A DNA stretch of 44,003 bases from Myxococcales bacterium (GTDB lineage: Bacteria > Myxococcota_A > UBA9042 > JABWCM01 > BTVJ01): the NCBI GenBank assembly GCA_045863395.1, contig BTVJ01000060.1:1-44003 (forward strand). Direction: 5' to 3'. Positions within the stretch are counted from its first letter, which is position 1, and each line of letters begins with the position of its first letter. The position numbers were made by a program, and so were the translations under genes. Below are positions 1-8,584 of the stretch, in pieces. The notes under the pieces are model-generated. The model did no database searches. It saw only the letters and a list, made by a program, of their open reading frames with translations, and was not told the origin of the DNA.

Positions 1-76
1 GACGGACCCCCGCGGAGTCCCGACGGACCCCCGCGGAGTCCCGACGGACCCCCGCGGAGTCCCGACGGACCCCCGC
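1..76. repeat. 21-bp tandem repeat GACGGACCCCCGCGGAGTCCC x3.6 (candidate replication-origin iterons)
   Basis: Exact copies at 1-21, 22-42 and 43-63, partial copy at 64-76; the array may extend beyond the window. Confidence 0.85.
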
Positions 77-702
77 CGAGACTCTCTTCGCGCGAAGCAA
101 GGAGCAAGGAGCAAGGAGTAAAACTCTCCGACGCCGACGCCGCGCGCGCACGCGAGGCCGGGCCGGGGTCGCCGCCGGAAGCCGGGCCGGAGCTCCTCGC
201 CGTCGTCGAGTCGCCCGAGCAGCCGCCCGACACGGCGCCGGTCTACCCGGAGCCTCCCAGGTCCTCGGCGCCCCCGGCGCCCCCGGCGCCTGAGCCCGAG
301 CAGCCCGTCCCCCGGGACCCCCGCTTCGCGGCGCTGCACCCGTTCGCGGAGCGGTGGCGCCCGGAGTCGCACTACCCCGAGACCGGCGACCAGGTCGTGA
401 GCTTCGCGGCCCGGGTCGAGCGGGAGCGTGGCCACCCCGTGGACTGGGCGCTGGTCGTGGAGCGCGCCAACGGCCGTGCCGGGCCGAGAGGGCGGAAGGT
501 CGAGAGCGCCAGCGCGCTGCTGCTGCGCTGGGTGGACACGGCGGACAAGGCCCGGGAGTTCGTGCCCGGGCAGGAGGCACAGCATGAGCGGCGCAACGGT
601 GCGCAGCCTGGCGGAGCTCCTGGACGGGTTCCGAAGCGGGAGCACACATGCGACTTCCCGAACGCCTGGGGAACCGCCCTCGACGCCCTCCCCCCCGGGT
701 AG
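1..702 (+). CDS. 5'-truncated phage replication initiator (lambda O-like position), carrying internal iteron repeats
   Basis: Frame 1 is open from base 1 to TAG at 700-702. It begins with (DGPPRSP)n encoded by 21-bp repeats, then a Pro-rich linker and a C-terminal helical region, and lies directly upstream of a DnaC-like ATPase. Confidence 0.6.
   Translation, partial: DGPPRSPDGPPRSPDGPPRSPDGPPPRLSSREARSKEQGVKLSDADAARAREAGPGSPPEAGPELLAVVESPEQPPDTAPVYPEPPRSSAPPAPPAPEPEQPVPRDPRFAALHPFAERWRPESHYPETGDQVVSFAARVERERGHPVDWALVVERANGRAGPRGRKVESASALLLRWVDTADKAREFVPGQEAQHERRNGAQPGGAPGRVPKREHTCDFPNAWGTALDALPPG
96..118. repeat. 7-bp tandem repeat AGCAAGG x3, purine-rich tract next to the iterons
   Basis: agcaaggagcaaggagcaaggag followed by taaaa. 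Confidence 0.7.
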
Positions 703-1471
703 GGCGGAGGTCACGGGCGACTTCCCGTGTCCGGGGCATGACGGCCAACCATGCGCCGGGCGGGTGCCGCTGCTACGGACACCGGGGGGCTATGAGGCCG
801 TCGGGGCGTGCAGCCTGGAGCAGCAACGCCGGACGGCGGAGCGCCTCGAAGCCTGCTTCGGTCTGGCGGACGCCGTAGTGCGCGACGAGGTGTTCCACGC
901 TCTGCGGACCATGCCCCGACGGTGTGCCGCTGGGGAGGACCCCGGGGGCAGGGTGAACGCCCGCGCCTTCGACGCCTGCGCCGCCATGCCGGCGGAGAGG
1001 CGGGGCGTGTGGCTGCTGGGCAACGTCGGTAGCGGCAAGTCGTTCCTGGCGTGGCACGCACTCGCCCGGCTCGTGACGCAGCACGGAGTGCGTGGGGTGT
1101 ACCTGACCGAGGCCATGCTCCGCGAGGCGTGGAGGGTCTACACCCGCAGCGAGGGGGACGACCCGTGGGCGTACCGCCTGCTCCGGGCGGTCGGCTGGCC
1201 GAAGCCGGATGGCCTGGCGCAGGTGATCATGCTCGACGAGTTCGGGTCGCTGCGCGAGGTCAGCCGCGCCGCGAACGACCTGCTCGACCACGTGGTGCAC
1301 ACGGCGCACGCGGCGGGCTGCATGATGCTCGTGACGAGCAACCGGGCCGGGCAGCAGTTGCTCGACGAGCGGGGCGACCGGGCGCTGTCGCGCATCCGCG
1401 AGATCTGCGGGGCGCCGATCACGCTCACCGGCGACTGGCGGGTCTCCATGCCCTCACGGGTGGCGACATGA
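584..1471 (+). CDS. DnaC/IstB-like AAA+ ATPase (helicase loader)
   Basis: Walker A WLLGNVGSGKS, Walker B IMLDEFG, LVTSN and RALSRI motifs, N-terminal Cys cluster; AGGAGG at 572-577 before ATG 584. Confidence 0.85.
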   Translation: MSGATVRSLAELLDGFRSGSTHATSRTPGEPPSTPSPPGRAEVTGDFPCPGHDGQPCAGRVPLLRTPGGYEAVGACSLEQQRRTAERLEACFGLADAVVRDEVFHALRTMPRRCAAGEDPGGRVNARAFDACAAMPAERRGVWLLGNVGSGKSFLAWHALARLVTQHGVRGVYLTEAMLREAWRVYTRSEGDDPWAYRLLRAVGWPKPDGLAQVIMLDEFGSLREVSRAANDLLDHVVHTAHAAGCMMLVTSNRAGQQLLDERGDRALSRIREICGAPITLTGDWRVSMPSRVAT

Positions 1472-1905
1472 GTCGGCTGAAGGCGGCGAGGGTACAGGTC
1501 GACGAGCGGGCGCTGGCCCTGGCTCGGCTGGGCGAGGACGGTGCACGGGAGGCCAGGCCGCGGTTCCGCTCGGTGGGGGCCGTCGCGACCTGGTACTTCG
1601 CGACGCAGCGTCGCCTCGGGGCGCCAAAGACATGGCTCGCGGCGACGACGGAGCTGCTGGCGCTCGGGTGCCACGTGGACGGCGGGGTCGGTTCCGTCAT
1701 CGAGGCGGACCTGGTGCTCGCGGCGGATGTGGAGGCGTGCCTCCCGGTGCCTCCCGGACCGCCCGGACCGGGTGCGGCGTGGCGCGCCTGGAGGAGGCGG
1801 TGGCCGCCCACGAGGAGGACCAGGCGTCAGGCGTGGCCGAGCGCGCCCACATCATGCTCGTCGAGGCCCTCACAGAGTGCGGCGTGGACCCGGACGCGAG
1901 CGTGA
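1468..1905 (+). CDS. Hypothetical protein, probably frameshifted near 1785
   Basis: ATGA overlap with the loader stop codon; GC-rich third positions until about 1790, after which coding bias moves to another frame. Confidence 0.45.
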   Translation: MSRLKAARVQVDERALALARLGEDGAREARPRFRSVGAVATWYFATQRRLGAPKTWLAATTELLALGCHVDGGVGSVIEADLVLAADVEACLPVPPGPPGPGAAWRAWRRRWPPTRRTRRQAWPSAPTSCSSRPSQSAAWTRTRA

Positions 1906-1918
1906 CGACCGTGCGGCC

Positions 1919-2332
1919 ATGCTGCGGCTCGTCGAGGACGCGCTCCGCTTCGCGCGCGCAGCGGAGGCCGATCTCTACTGCTACATCGAGGCGACGGCGG
2001 CATTCGCTGGCGGAGGGCGGACCATTGGGGCGAAGTCGGCGTTGTCCATCGGGCGCGGTGGCGGGCTCTGGGAGATGGCACTCGTCGCCCTCCGGGTGCC
2101 GCACGAGGTCGTCTCGCCGCAGCGCTGGCAGAAGGAGGTTGGCATCACGAAGGGGATGGCCGCCGACCCGAAGGCGCGGGCGCAGCAGATGGCGGGGAGG
2201 TTGTGGTCGGAGCAGGATTGGGGGCGCTCGAAGGCGGCTGCGGAGGGGCTCCGGGATGCGGCTCTCATCGCCGAGGCGGCTCGGCGGGCGCTTGGAGGGG
2301 GAGAGGGCGTGCAACGCAGAGGGAGCGTGTAG
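1919..2332 (+). CDS. RuvC-like Holliday junction resolvase, apparently lacking the N-terminal GIDPG motif
   Basis: YIE...SALSIGRGGGLWEMAL...VSPQRWQK...EGLRDAALIA pattern of phage RuvC-like proteins; no in-frame N-terminal catalytic Asp motif. Confidence 0.65.
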   Translation: MLRLVEDALRFARAAEADLYCYIEATAAFAGGGRTIGAKSALSIGRGGGLWEMALVALRVPHEVVSPQRWQKEVGITKGMAADPKARAQQMAGRLWSEQDWGRSKAAAEGLRDAALIAEAARRALGGGEGVQRRGSV

Positions 2333-2334
2333 CG

Positions 2335-3897
2335 ATGAGCGAGACAGTGGAGTGTGAGATGCCGGAGCGCGGCCAGCAGCAGGGCCAGGCACGTGGGGGG
2401 GAGGCGCTTGCCCCTCCCGGCGTGGAGCGGATCGCCGTCGTGCTCGGCGCTGGAGCTGGAGCCGGAGCCGACGACGACCCCGACGACTGTGGTGACGGAG
2501 ATGAGTGCGTGTGGCGCTTCTCCTCGCAGTTCGACGGCAACGAGGAGTGGATCGACGTGGAGGTGTGCGACAGGCCGTCCGGCTGGAGCGTCGAGGTTTG
2601 GCACGTGCGCGCAGGCAAGAACGGCGTCTCCGGCCTCGTCGGGGCGCCGCGGCGCATCGTGGTGCAGCGCGGGGGCGCTTCCGGGCCAGAGCTCGTGGGC
2701 GCTGAGCCCGCCGACCCCCTCGATCCAGAGGTTCTCCGCAACGACCTGGCCGAGGCGACAGCCCAGGTCATCGACCTCTGCAACGCCCTCGCGAGCATCG
2801 CGCGGCACCATGGCCTGCCGCCCGATGTGTCGCCCGAGGACATCGCGGATTACGCCATCGAGTACGCCAACATGCACGTGGACCGGGCGCACGAGATCGT
2901 GCGGACGTGCGGGGGCGAGCCGGGAGCGGACGGGTGGCGGGAGGCGCTGGCGCGGGTGGTGAAGGAGCGGGACCGTGCCACAGCCATCGTCGAGGCGGCT
3001 GGGCGCTCTGAGCGGGTCGTCTTGGGTCAGCTCTACGACGCGCTGGACCCTGGGGACCGAGAGCCTCTGTGGGATGCCGCGGCTCGGCTGCGGCGCGAGC
3101 GGGACGCGGCCACCGAGCAGCACTACCAGAGCCAGCAGGAGTTGTCCGCCGTCGTGAAGGAGCGAGACCACCTGCAAGGCGTTCGCACCGAGCAGGCGGC
3201 GAAGCTCCGGCGGCACCTGGAGGAGCTGGCGGAGCTTCGCGCGCAGCACGAGGACATCGTCGTGGTGCTCACGGCTGTCGAGCCGCACCTCACTGAGCGC
3301 CTTGTGGACGACCGTAGCGCTGGGATCGAGGACTGGGAGCTCGGGGTGGCAGCGGTGCTGGACCGCGTTTGGTCCGCCCTGGGTGCCCGCGTCGCGGCCG
3401 ATGTGGTCTGCAACGCGTGCGGAGCGGAGTTCGACCCCGAGAACGCCGATCCTGGGGGCCGCTGCCCGGACTGCGATGACGGTGTGCTCGAGCAGGCGGG
3501 TGGGACGCAACCGCGCGTGGCGCCCCCTGCCGCCCTCGCAGCCGAGGCGGACCGGCTGCACTTGCTCCTCGATGAGCGGGGCGTGGACATCCCTGGGAGC
3601 CTGGAGGCGAGCTACGTCCCCGGCGAGCCCGCGGTGCTGGCGCTCGTCGGCGTCGACGACCGGGTGTTGTTCGGGCCGGTGGACAAGGACATCCCGTTCA
3701 CGGTCAGTAACGGGGCCGCGGCGACGAGCCCCGCGTGCGCCGGCTTCGTGGTCGACGACGAGACTGGGGACACCTCGGGCTGCGCCTACGGCAACGCGCG
3801 CCGCGAGGGACGCGAGCTTCCGGATGACCTGGACGACTGCCCGGTGTGTCATGGGACCGGGTGGGAGCCGCAGGATGGGGAGGGTGAAGCTCCATGA
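2335..3897 (+). CDS. Hypothetical protein with coiled-coil region and Zn-ribbon-like motifs
   Basis: Long ORF with strong GC3 bias; CNACG..CPDC and CPVCHG motifs; ATGA coupling to the next gene. Confidence 0.65.
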   Translation: MSETVECEMPERGQQQGQARGGEALAPPGVERIAVVLGAGAGAGADDDPDDCGDGDECVWRFSSQFDGNEEWIDVEVCDRPSGWSVEVWHVRAGKNGVSGLVGAPRRIVVQRGGASGPELVGAEPADPLDPEVLRNDLAEATAQVIDLCNALASIARHHGLPPDVSPEDIADYAIEYANMHVDRAHEIVRTCGGEPGADGWREALARVVKERDRATAIVEAAGRSERVVLGQLYDALDPGDREPLWDAAARLRRERDAATEQHYQSQQELSAVVKERDHLQGVRTEQAAKLRRHLEELAELRAQHEDIVVVLTAVEPHLTERLVDDRSAGIEDWELGVAAVLDRVWSALGARVAADVVCNACGAEFDPENADPGGRCPDCDDGVLEQAGGTQPRVAPPAALAAEADRLHLLLDERGVDIPGSLEASYVPGEPAVLALVGVDDRVLFGPVDKDIPFTVSNGAAATSPACAGFVVDDETGDTSGCAYGNARREGRELPDDLDDCPVCHGTGWEPQDGEGEAP

Positions 3898-4463
3898 AGG
3901 CCCTGACCATCTGGCAGCCGTGGGCGAATGCGATCATGGTGGGCGCGAAGCCCGTCGAGAACCGCGAGTGGTTCCCGCCTAGTAGCGCCATCGGGACGTG
4001 GATCGCTATCCACGCCGGGAGCCACAAGTCGGACCCCGACGACATCGACTTCGTCCGAGGGGCGCTGGATGCGGAGCGCGCAGAGGGGCGGGCGATTCCT
4101 CCGATGCCTGTTGGACCACCGAGCGCGTTGCTGGGCGTCGCGTTCCTCGCTGCCGCGTACCGCCTCGAGGACGCGCCCGACGCACTGCGCAGGAGTCGAT
4201 GGTCGTTCGGCTCGGTGCTGTGGCACTTCACGGAGGTGCATCGGCTGCATGAGCCGATCCTCGGTGTGAGGGGTGCGCAGGGGCTGTGGACGGTCGAGGA
4301 CCACCACGCGGTCGTGCTCAGGTGCCGCCGCAAGTGGGGCTCCTGCGACGGCGACGTGCTCTGTGGGATGTGCGGTCGCCCCGCGCGCGAGCATGAGCGG
4401 GTCAAGGACTGCAACGACGGCGACGACGGCGACCCGCGCACCGACGGAGGCCACGCCCGATGA
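3894..4463 (+). CDS. ASCH domain protein
   Basis: MKALTIWQPWA..IMVGAKPVENREW...IAIHAG and RGAQGLW signature. Confidence 0.85.
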   Translation: MKALTIWQPWANAIMVGAKPVENREWFPPSSAIGTWIAIHAGSHKSDPDDIDFVRGALDAERAEGRAIPPMPVGPPSALLGVAFLAAAYRLEDAPDALRRSRWSFGSVLWHFTEVHRLHEPILGVRGAQGLWTVEDHHAVVLRCRRKWGSCDGDVLCGMCGRPAREHERVKDCNDGDDGDPRTDGGHAR

Positions 4464-5128
4464 ACATGCATACCGCCCTCTGGGCCGTGGTCGACACGGA
4501 GACGACGGGGCCCGACCCCGACACCGCCGCCATCGTCGAGGTGGCGGTCGCCTTGTTCCGCGGCGGCGAGCTGATCGAGCCGCCCCGTTCCTGGCTCCTG
4601 AACCCCGGCGAGCCCATCCCCGAGGACGCGATGGCGGTGCACGGCATCTCCAACGAGATGGTCGCCGGCGCGCCTCGCCTCGACGAGGCCCTTGGTGAGA
4701 TCTGCGCCGTCGTCGCGTCGGCGGACGTCATCGTCGGGTACAACGCGCTGCACTTCGACCTCCCCCTCCTGGCGCGCCTCGGGGGCTCGCGGTGGCTGGC
4801 GGCCATCGCCGGCAAGCCGGTGGTGGACCCCATCGTGATCGTCCGCCACGACGGCATCGGGCGCTACTGGAAGGGCCAGGGGCGCCACCGGCTCGGCAAC
4901 GTCTGCGAGCGATTCGGCATCGACGCCGACGGGGCGCACCGCGCCGGCGCCGACGTCGTGATGACCGGGCGCCTGCTCTGGAAGCTCGGGCCGCTCGCCG
5001 TTCGCGACGCTGGGCTCCCTGCTGACGTCCACGCCCTCGCGGCCGAGCTCGCGCGGCTCCAGGTGGGCCAGGAGGCCGACTACCAGGCGTACCGGGCGAG
5101 GATGGCCACGCAGGGGGGAGCGGCGTGA
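4460..5128 (+). CDS. DEDDh 3'-5' exonuclease (DnaQ/Pol III epsilon-like)
   Basis: ExoI VVDTETTG, ExoII VGYNALHFD, ExoIII HRAGADV; AVHGI motif. Confidence 0.92.
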   Translation: MNMHTALWAVVDTETTGPDPDTAAIVEVAVALFRGGELIEPPRSWLLNPGEPIPEDAMAVHGISNEMVAGAPRLDEALGEICAVVASADVIVGYNALHFDLPLLARLGGSRWLAAIAGKPVVDPIVIVRHDGIGRYWKGQGRHRLGNVCERFGIDADGAHRAGADVVMTGRLLWKLGPLAVRDAGLPADVHALAAELARLQVGQEADYQAYRARMATQGGAA

Positions 5129-5478
5129 AGGACCTGAACCAGAAGGAGTGCGGGGTGGAACTCCGCTCGACCGGCGACATCGTGCTTCGGGTGGGGCGCC
5201 AAGTCTTCAACGTTGCACGCCAGGACGCGCGCGCCCTCGGGCTCGCCACTGGCGCGCACCTGGGGTTGCGCCTTCTTCTGCTTCTTGTACCTCGGGCTCG
5301 TCGGTGGTGTCGACGATGGGAGGTGTCGTCTGGATACATGTCGTTCAGCCCTAGACGCAGCGCGGCCTTGCGTGACCATACGTGTCAGCCGCTGGCCCGA
5401 CATAGGCATGGATATGTCGCTGTCATGTGCCCCGATGTGTGCGCCGGTGCATCGAGAACGCAGGGGATACGCCAGTGA
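5125..5478 (+). CDS. Hypothetical protein
   Basis: GTGA coupling at both ends; codon bias convincing only in the first about 45 codons. Confidence 0.35.
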   Translation: MKDLNQKECGVELRSTGDIVLRVGRQVFNVARQDARALGLATGAHLGLRLLLLLVPRARRWCRRWEVSSGYMSFSPRRSAALRDHTCQPLARHRHGYVAVMCPDVCAGASRTQGIRQ

Positions 5479-6125
5479 GGCGGGCCATCACGCGGGAGAT
5501 GTACGACCGGCTGGTGACGGCCTTCCGTGCGGAGCCAGGCAGGTTCGCTGCCGCCGCCAAAGCGACCGGTTGCGACCCGCGCACGGCGAAGCGTGGGTGG
5601 GAGGATGGCTGGGAGTCGCAGCACCCGTGGGCCGTGGCGATCAAGAGCGTCGTGGAGCAGGACGCTCTCATAGCCCGGGCCAAGGTGCGCGAGCTGGCGG
5701 CGCAGGACGCGACGGACTCCCGAGCGGCCGAGGGCGCCTTGGTCCGCCGCGCGCGCGCCAACGTCGTCCACCTCCTGGAGGAGTCCGATGCGCTGATGCA
5801 GACCTACCCGGAGCTCGTGCGTGCTGCGGCGCAGAAGGTCCGCGAGCTGGCCGCGGGCGATGACATCGGCGCGGACGAGCTGCTCGGCCTGGCGGAGCGC
5901 ATCGTGAAGCTGCAGGGGCAGCTCGGCTCGACGATGGACCAGGTGATGCGCTTGGAGCGCAAGCTGCTTGGGGCGCCGGAGGAGGTCATCGGGGTGATGA
6001 CGGAGGCCGAGGTGCTGCTGGAGCTGGAGGCGGGCCGAGTCGCCCTGGAGCGGATGCGCCAGCGTCGTCGGCCCTCGGACGCTTCGGCTCGGGTGATCGA
6101 GATCGAGGGCGAGATCGAACCATAG
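5475..6125 (+). CDS. Putative terminase small subunit
   Basis: N-terminal HTH-like FAAAAKATGCDPRTAKRGW, helical body, upstream of the large terminase; GTG 5475 overlaps the previous stop. Confidence 0.6.
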   Translation: MRRAITREMYDRLVTAFRAEPGRFAAAAKATGCDPRTAKRGWEDGWESQHPWAVAIKSVVEQDALIARAKVRELAAQDATDSRAAEGALVRRARANVVHLLEESDALMQTYPELVRAAAQKVRELAAGDDIGADELLGLAERIVKLQGQLGSTMDQVMRLERKLLGAPEEVIGVMTEAEVLLELEAGRVALERMRQRRRPSDASARVIEIEGEIEP

Positions 6126-6135
6126 GAGGTGCGCG

Positions 6136-6348
6136 ATGGAGGTGATCGGCAGTGGGAGCTGGGGAGCCCTGGTGCGGGTCCGGAACACGCATCGGCGGTT
6201 CGGCCAGGTGGGATGGGCAGACGTGGCGGCTCGAGGAGGGGCTGGCGGCGGCGTAGGTGGCGTGATCGAGGTGCACGATCCGTCGTCGCGGGTAGTCGGC
6301 GTGGAGGCGCTGGGGACGCGGCTCGAGCGGATCCAGCAGGGGAGCTGA
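6136..6348 (+). CDS. Small hypothetical protein
   Basis: AGGAGG at 6124-6129, GC3-biased codons. Confidence 0.45.
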   Translation: MEVIGSGSWGALVRVRNTHRRFGQVGWADVAARGGAGGGVGGVIEVHDPSSRVVGVEALGTRLERIQQGS

Positions 6349-6448
6349 GCGGCGGGCGTGTGCGTGCCATGCGGGATGGTATCGTTGCGCCAGGGCACTT
6401 CCGCCGTCCACGGGAAGTGCAGGATCCGCCCCGATGAGGAGGTAGCCG

Positions 6449-8155
6449 TTGGTCACGCAGTCACCAGCCCCAGGCACGCACCCTCCAACCTCTCCCGGTT
6501 CACCCCCGGGCTCGCCGTCGCAGCTCGCCGTGATGGCACCGGCCAGCCCGGAGCTGGTGGCGGCGGCTCGGCGGGCGCGCCGGGCGCGGGCGACCATTGC
6601 GCGCGGCGACATCAACGAGTTCATCCACTTCGTGATGCGGGACCAGCAGACGGGGGCGCCTCTGCTGCAGCAGCCGATGCACGAGGAGTGGCATGCGCTC
6701 GCCGATGAGCACCAGAGGTTGGTGGTCTGGGGGCACGCGGAGAGCGGGAAGTCGCAGCAGATGGCCATCGGACGCATCCTGTTCGCGCTCGGGCAGAACC
6801 CGCGGCTGCGGTGCGCCATCATCTCGAACACGTCGGGCCCGAAGGGGCAGGCAACGAAGCTGCTGCGGTCGGTGGCGCAGTACATCGAGAGTTCGTCGGA
6901 GCTGCACGAGGTGTTCCCGGAGCTGCAGCCGTCGCCGCGGAAGTCGGACCCGTGGACGACGGAGGCGATCACGGTGGAGCGGCCGCCTGGGATCAACGAC
7001 CCGAGCGTGCAGCAGTGTGGGGCCTTCGGGTCCATCCTAGGCAGCCGCATCGACTTCCTCGTGGTGGATGACCTGCTCGACTGGACGAACACGCTGACGG
7101 AGCACCGGCGCAAGGCGGTGATCGGCTGGTTCCAGGCGAGCGTGTTGTCGCGCATGACGACGCGGAGCCGGGCCATCGTCATCGGCAACGCCTGGCACCC
7201 GGACGACCTGATGCACGTGCTGGAGCGACGTGGCTGGACCGCGCTGCGCTACCCGGTGCTGGACCCGAGCGGCGCCTCCAAGTGGCCTGAGCAGTGGCCG
7301 GAGGAGCGCATCGAGGCGAAGCGAATCGAACTGGGTCCGCTGGAGTTCGCGCGGCAGATGATGTGCTTGCCGCGCTCCGACGAGGACGCGCGCTTTCGGC
7401 GGGAGTGGATCGACCAGTGCATCGAGCGCGGCGAAGGCCTCGACCTGGTCGGCTCCGACGCGGAGGCCAGGCTGCCTGATGGCAGCGAGATCTGGACGGG
7501 CGTCGACCTTGCTGTCGGGCGCGACAAGAGCAAGAAGCACGCGAAGTCCGTGGTGTTCACCATCGCGATCCTGCCGGACAAGCTGCGGTCCCGTCGCGTG
7601 CTCGCCATCGAGGCCGGTCGCTGGACGGGGCCCGAGATCGTGGCGCGCATCCAGGCTGCGCACCAGGCGTTCGGGTCCATCGTGCAGGTCGAGAGCAACG
7701 CGGCGCAGCAGTACATCGTGGACTTCACGAAGGCGGAGGCGCGGATCCCCGTCCGGTCGTTCCACACGGGTCGCAACAAGCACGACCCCACCTACGGCGT
7801 CGAGAGCATCGCGGTCGAGATGTCGCGCGGGCAGTGGATCATCCCGAACCACACCGGGCAGTGCCACCCGGAGGTGCAGGCATGGATCGCGGACATGCTC
7901 TACTACCACCCCGAGTCCCACACCGGTGACTACCTGATGGCCTGCTGGATCGCGCGCGAGGGGGCGGACAAGGGCAAGCGGGCGTTCGCGTACCGGGTGG
8001 GGGCGGTGGACGACGGGTCGGAGGGGCTGTGGGACATCGATGGGGGCGGCGATGGCGCGGACCGATCCTGGAGGAGCCGAAGCCAGGAGGACGTTCAGGG
8101 GCAGGAGCTCTGGGGTGGCTTCGACTTCGACGAGCACGACGACTTCGGGGGCTGA
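6449..8155 (+). CDS. terL: Terminase large subunit
   Basis: Walker A GHAESGKS, Walker B GSRIDFLVVDD, IVIGNAWHPDD coupling motif, nuclease GVDLA, VESNAAQ and GDYLMA; GAGGAGG before the TTG start. Confidence 0.93.
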   Translation: MVTQSPAPGTHPPTSPGSPPGSPSQLAVMAPASPELVAAARRARRARATIARGDINEFIHFVMRDQQTGAPLLQQPMHEEWHALADEHQRLVVWGHAESGKSQQMAIGRILFALGQNPRLRCAIISNTSGPKGQATKLLRSVAQYIESSSELHEVFPELQPSPRKSDPWTTEAITVERPPGINDPSVQQCGAFGSILGSRIDFLVVDDLLDWTNTLTEHRRKAVIGWFQASVLSRMTTRSRAIVIGNAWHPDDLMHVLERRGWTALRYPVLDPSGASKWPEQWPEERIEAKRIELGPLEFARQMMCLPRSDEDARFRREWIDQCIERGEGLDLVGSDAEARLPDGSEIWTGVDLAVGRDKSKKHAKSVVFTIAILPDKLRSRRVLAIEAGRWTGPEIVARIQAAHQAFGSIVQVESNAAQQYIVDFTKAEARIPVRSFHTGRNKHDPTYGVESIAVEMSRGQWIIPNHTGQCHPEVQAWIADMLYYHPESHTGDYLMACWIAREGADKGKRAFAYRVGAVDDGSEGLWDIDGGGDGADRSWRSRSQEDVQGQELWGGFDFDEHDDFGG

Positions 8156-8181
8156 CGGCACCTGACGGCACCTGACAGCAC
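8152..8181. repeat. 10-bp tandem repeat CTGAC(G/A)GCAC x3 at the terL stop codon
   Basis: ctgacggcac ctgacggcac ctgacagcac. Confidence 0.75.
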
Positions 8182-8263
8182 CACAGCCACGCCACGGAGC
8201 GTCCCCCTTGCGCTCGATGGAGATGTCGGGGTACGCTCGTGACGTGACAATATGAGGTGCCCT

Positions 8264-8575
8264 ATGAGCTGGCCAGTCAAGGAAGCGGGACCCTTCGAAG
8301 AGATCAGCGGCGAGGTGGTCCTCGACTACCACACGCTCGGCTACCACCCCGGCGTCGTGTTCCGGGCTCACGAATTCCACTTCACCAACCTGGGCGCCGG
8401 GACGGCGAGCGTCTACGTCTGGGGGGCTGGCGGCGACTGGTCTGCGCACGGCAGCCCCGTGACCAACAACAGCGTGGTGCAGCTCGAAGGTGCGTCCCCA
8501 CGCTTCCGCTTCGTCTTCGCGGGCACCGGCGGCGCTGGCAAGGTCAGCGTCCGCAGCACGGCCCGCGGGTTCTGA
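8264..8575 (+). CDS. Small beta-rich hypothetical protein, possibly a virion protein
   Basis: GAGGT before ATG 8264, strong codon bias, located between terL and portal. Confidence 0.7.
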   Translation: MSWPVKEAGPFEEISGEVVLDYHTLGYHPGVVFRAHEFHFTNLGAGTASVYVWGAGGDWSAHGSPVTNNSVVQLEGASPRFRFVFAGTGGAGKVSVRSTARGF

Positions 8576-8584
8576 GGCGCGGCG

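Noticed and set aside
1..76. CRISPR array
   Set aside because: The repeats are contiguous with no spacers, are in frame within a CDS, and no cas genes are present.
6449..8155. Intein or intron in terL
   Set aside because: Length and motif spacing are normal; no splicing or homing-endonuclease motifs seen.
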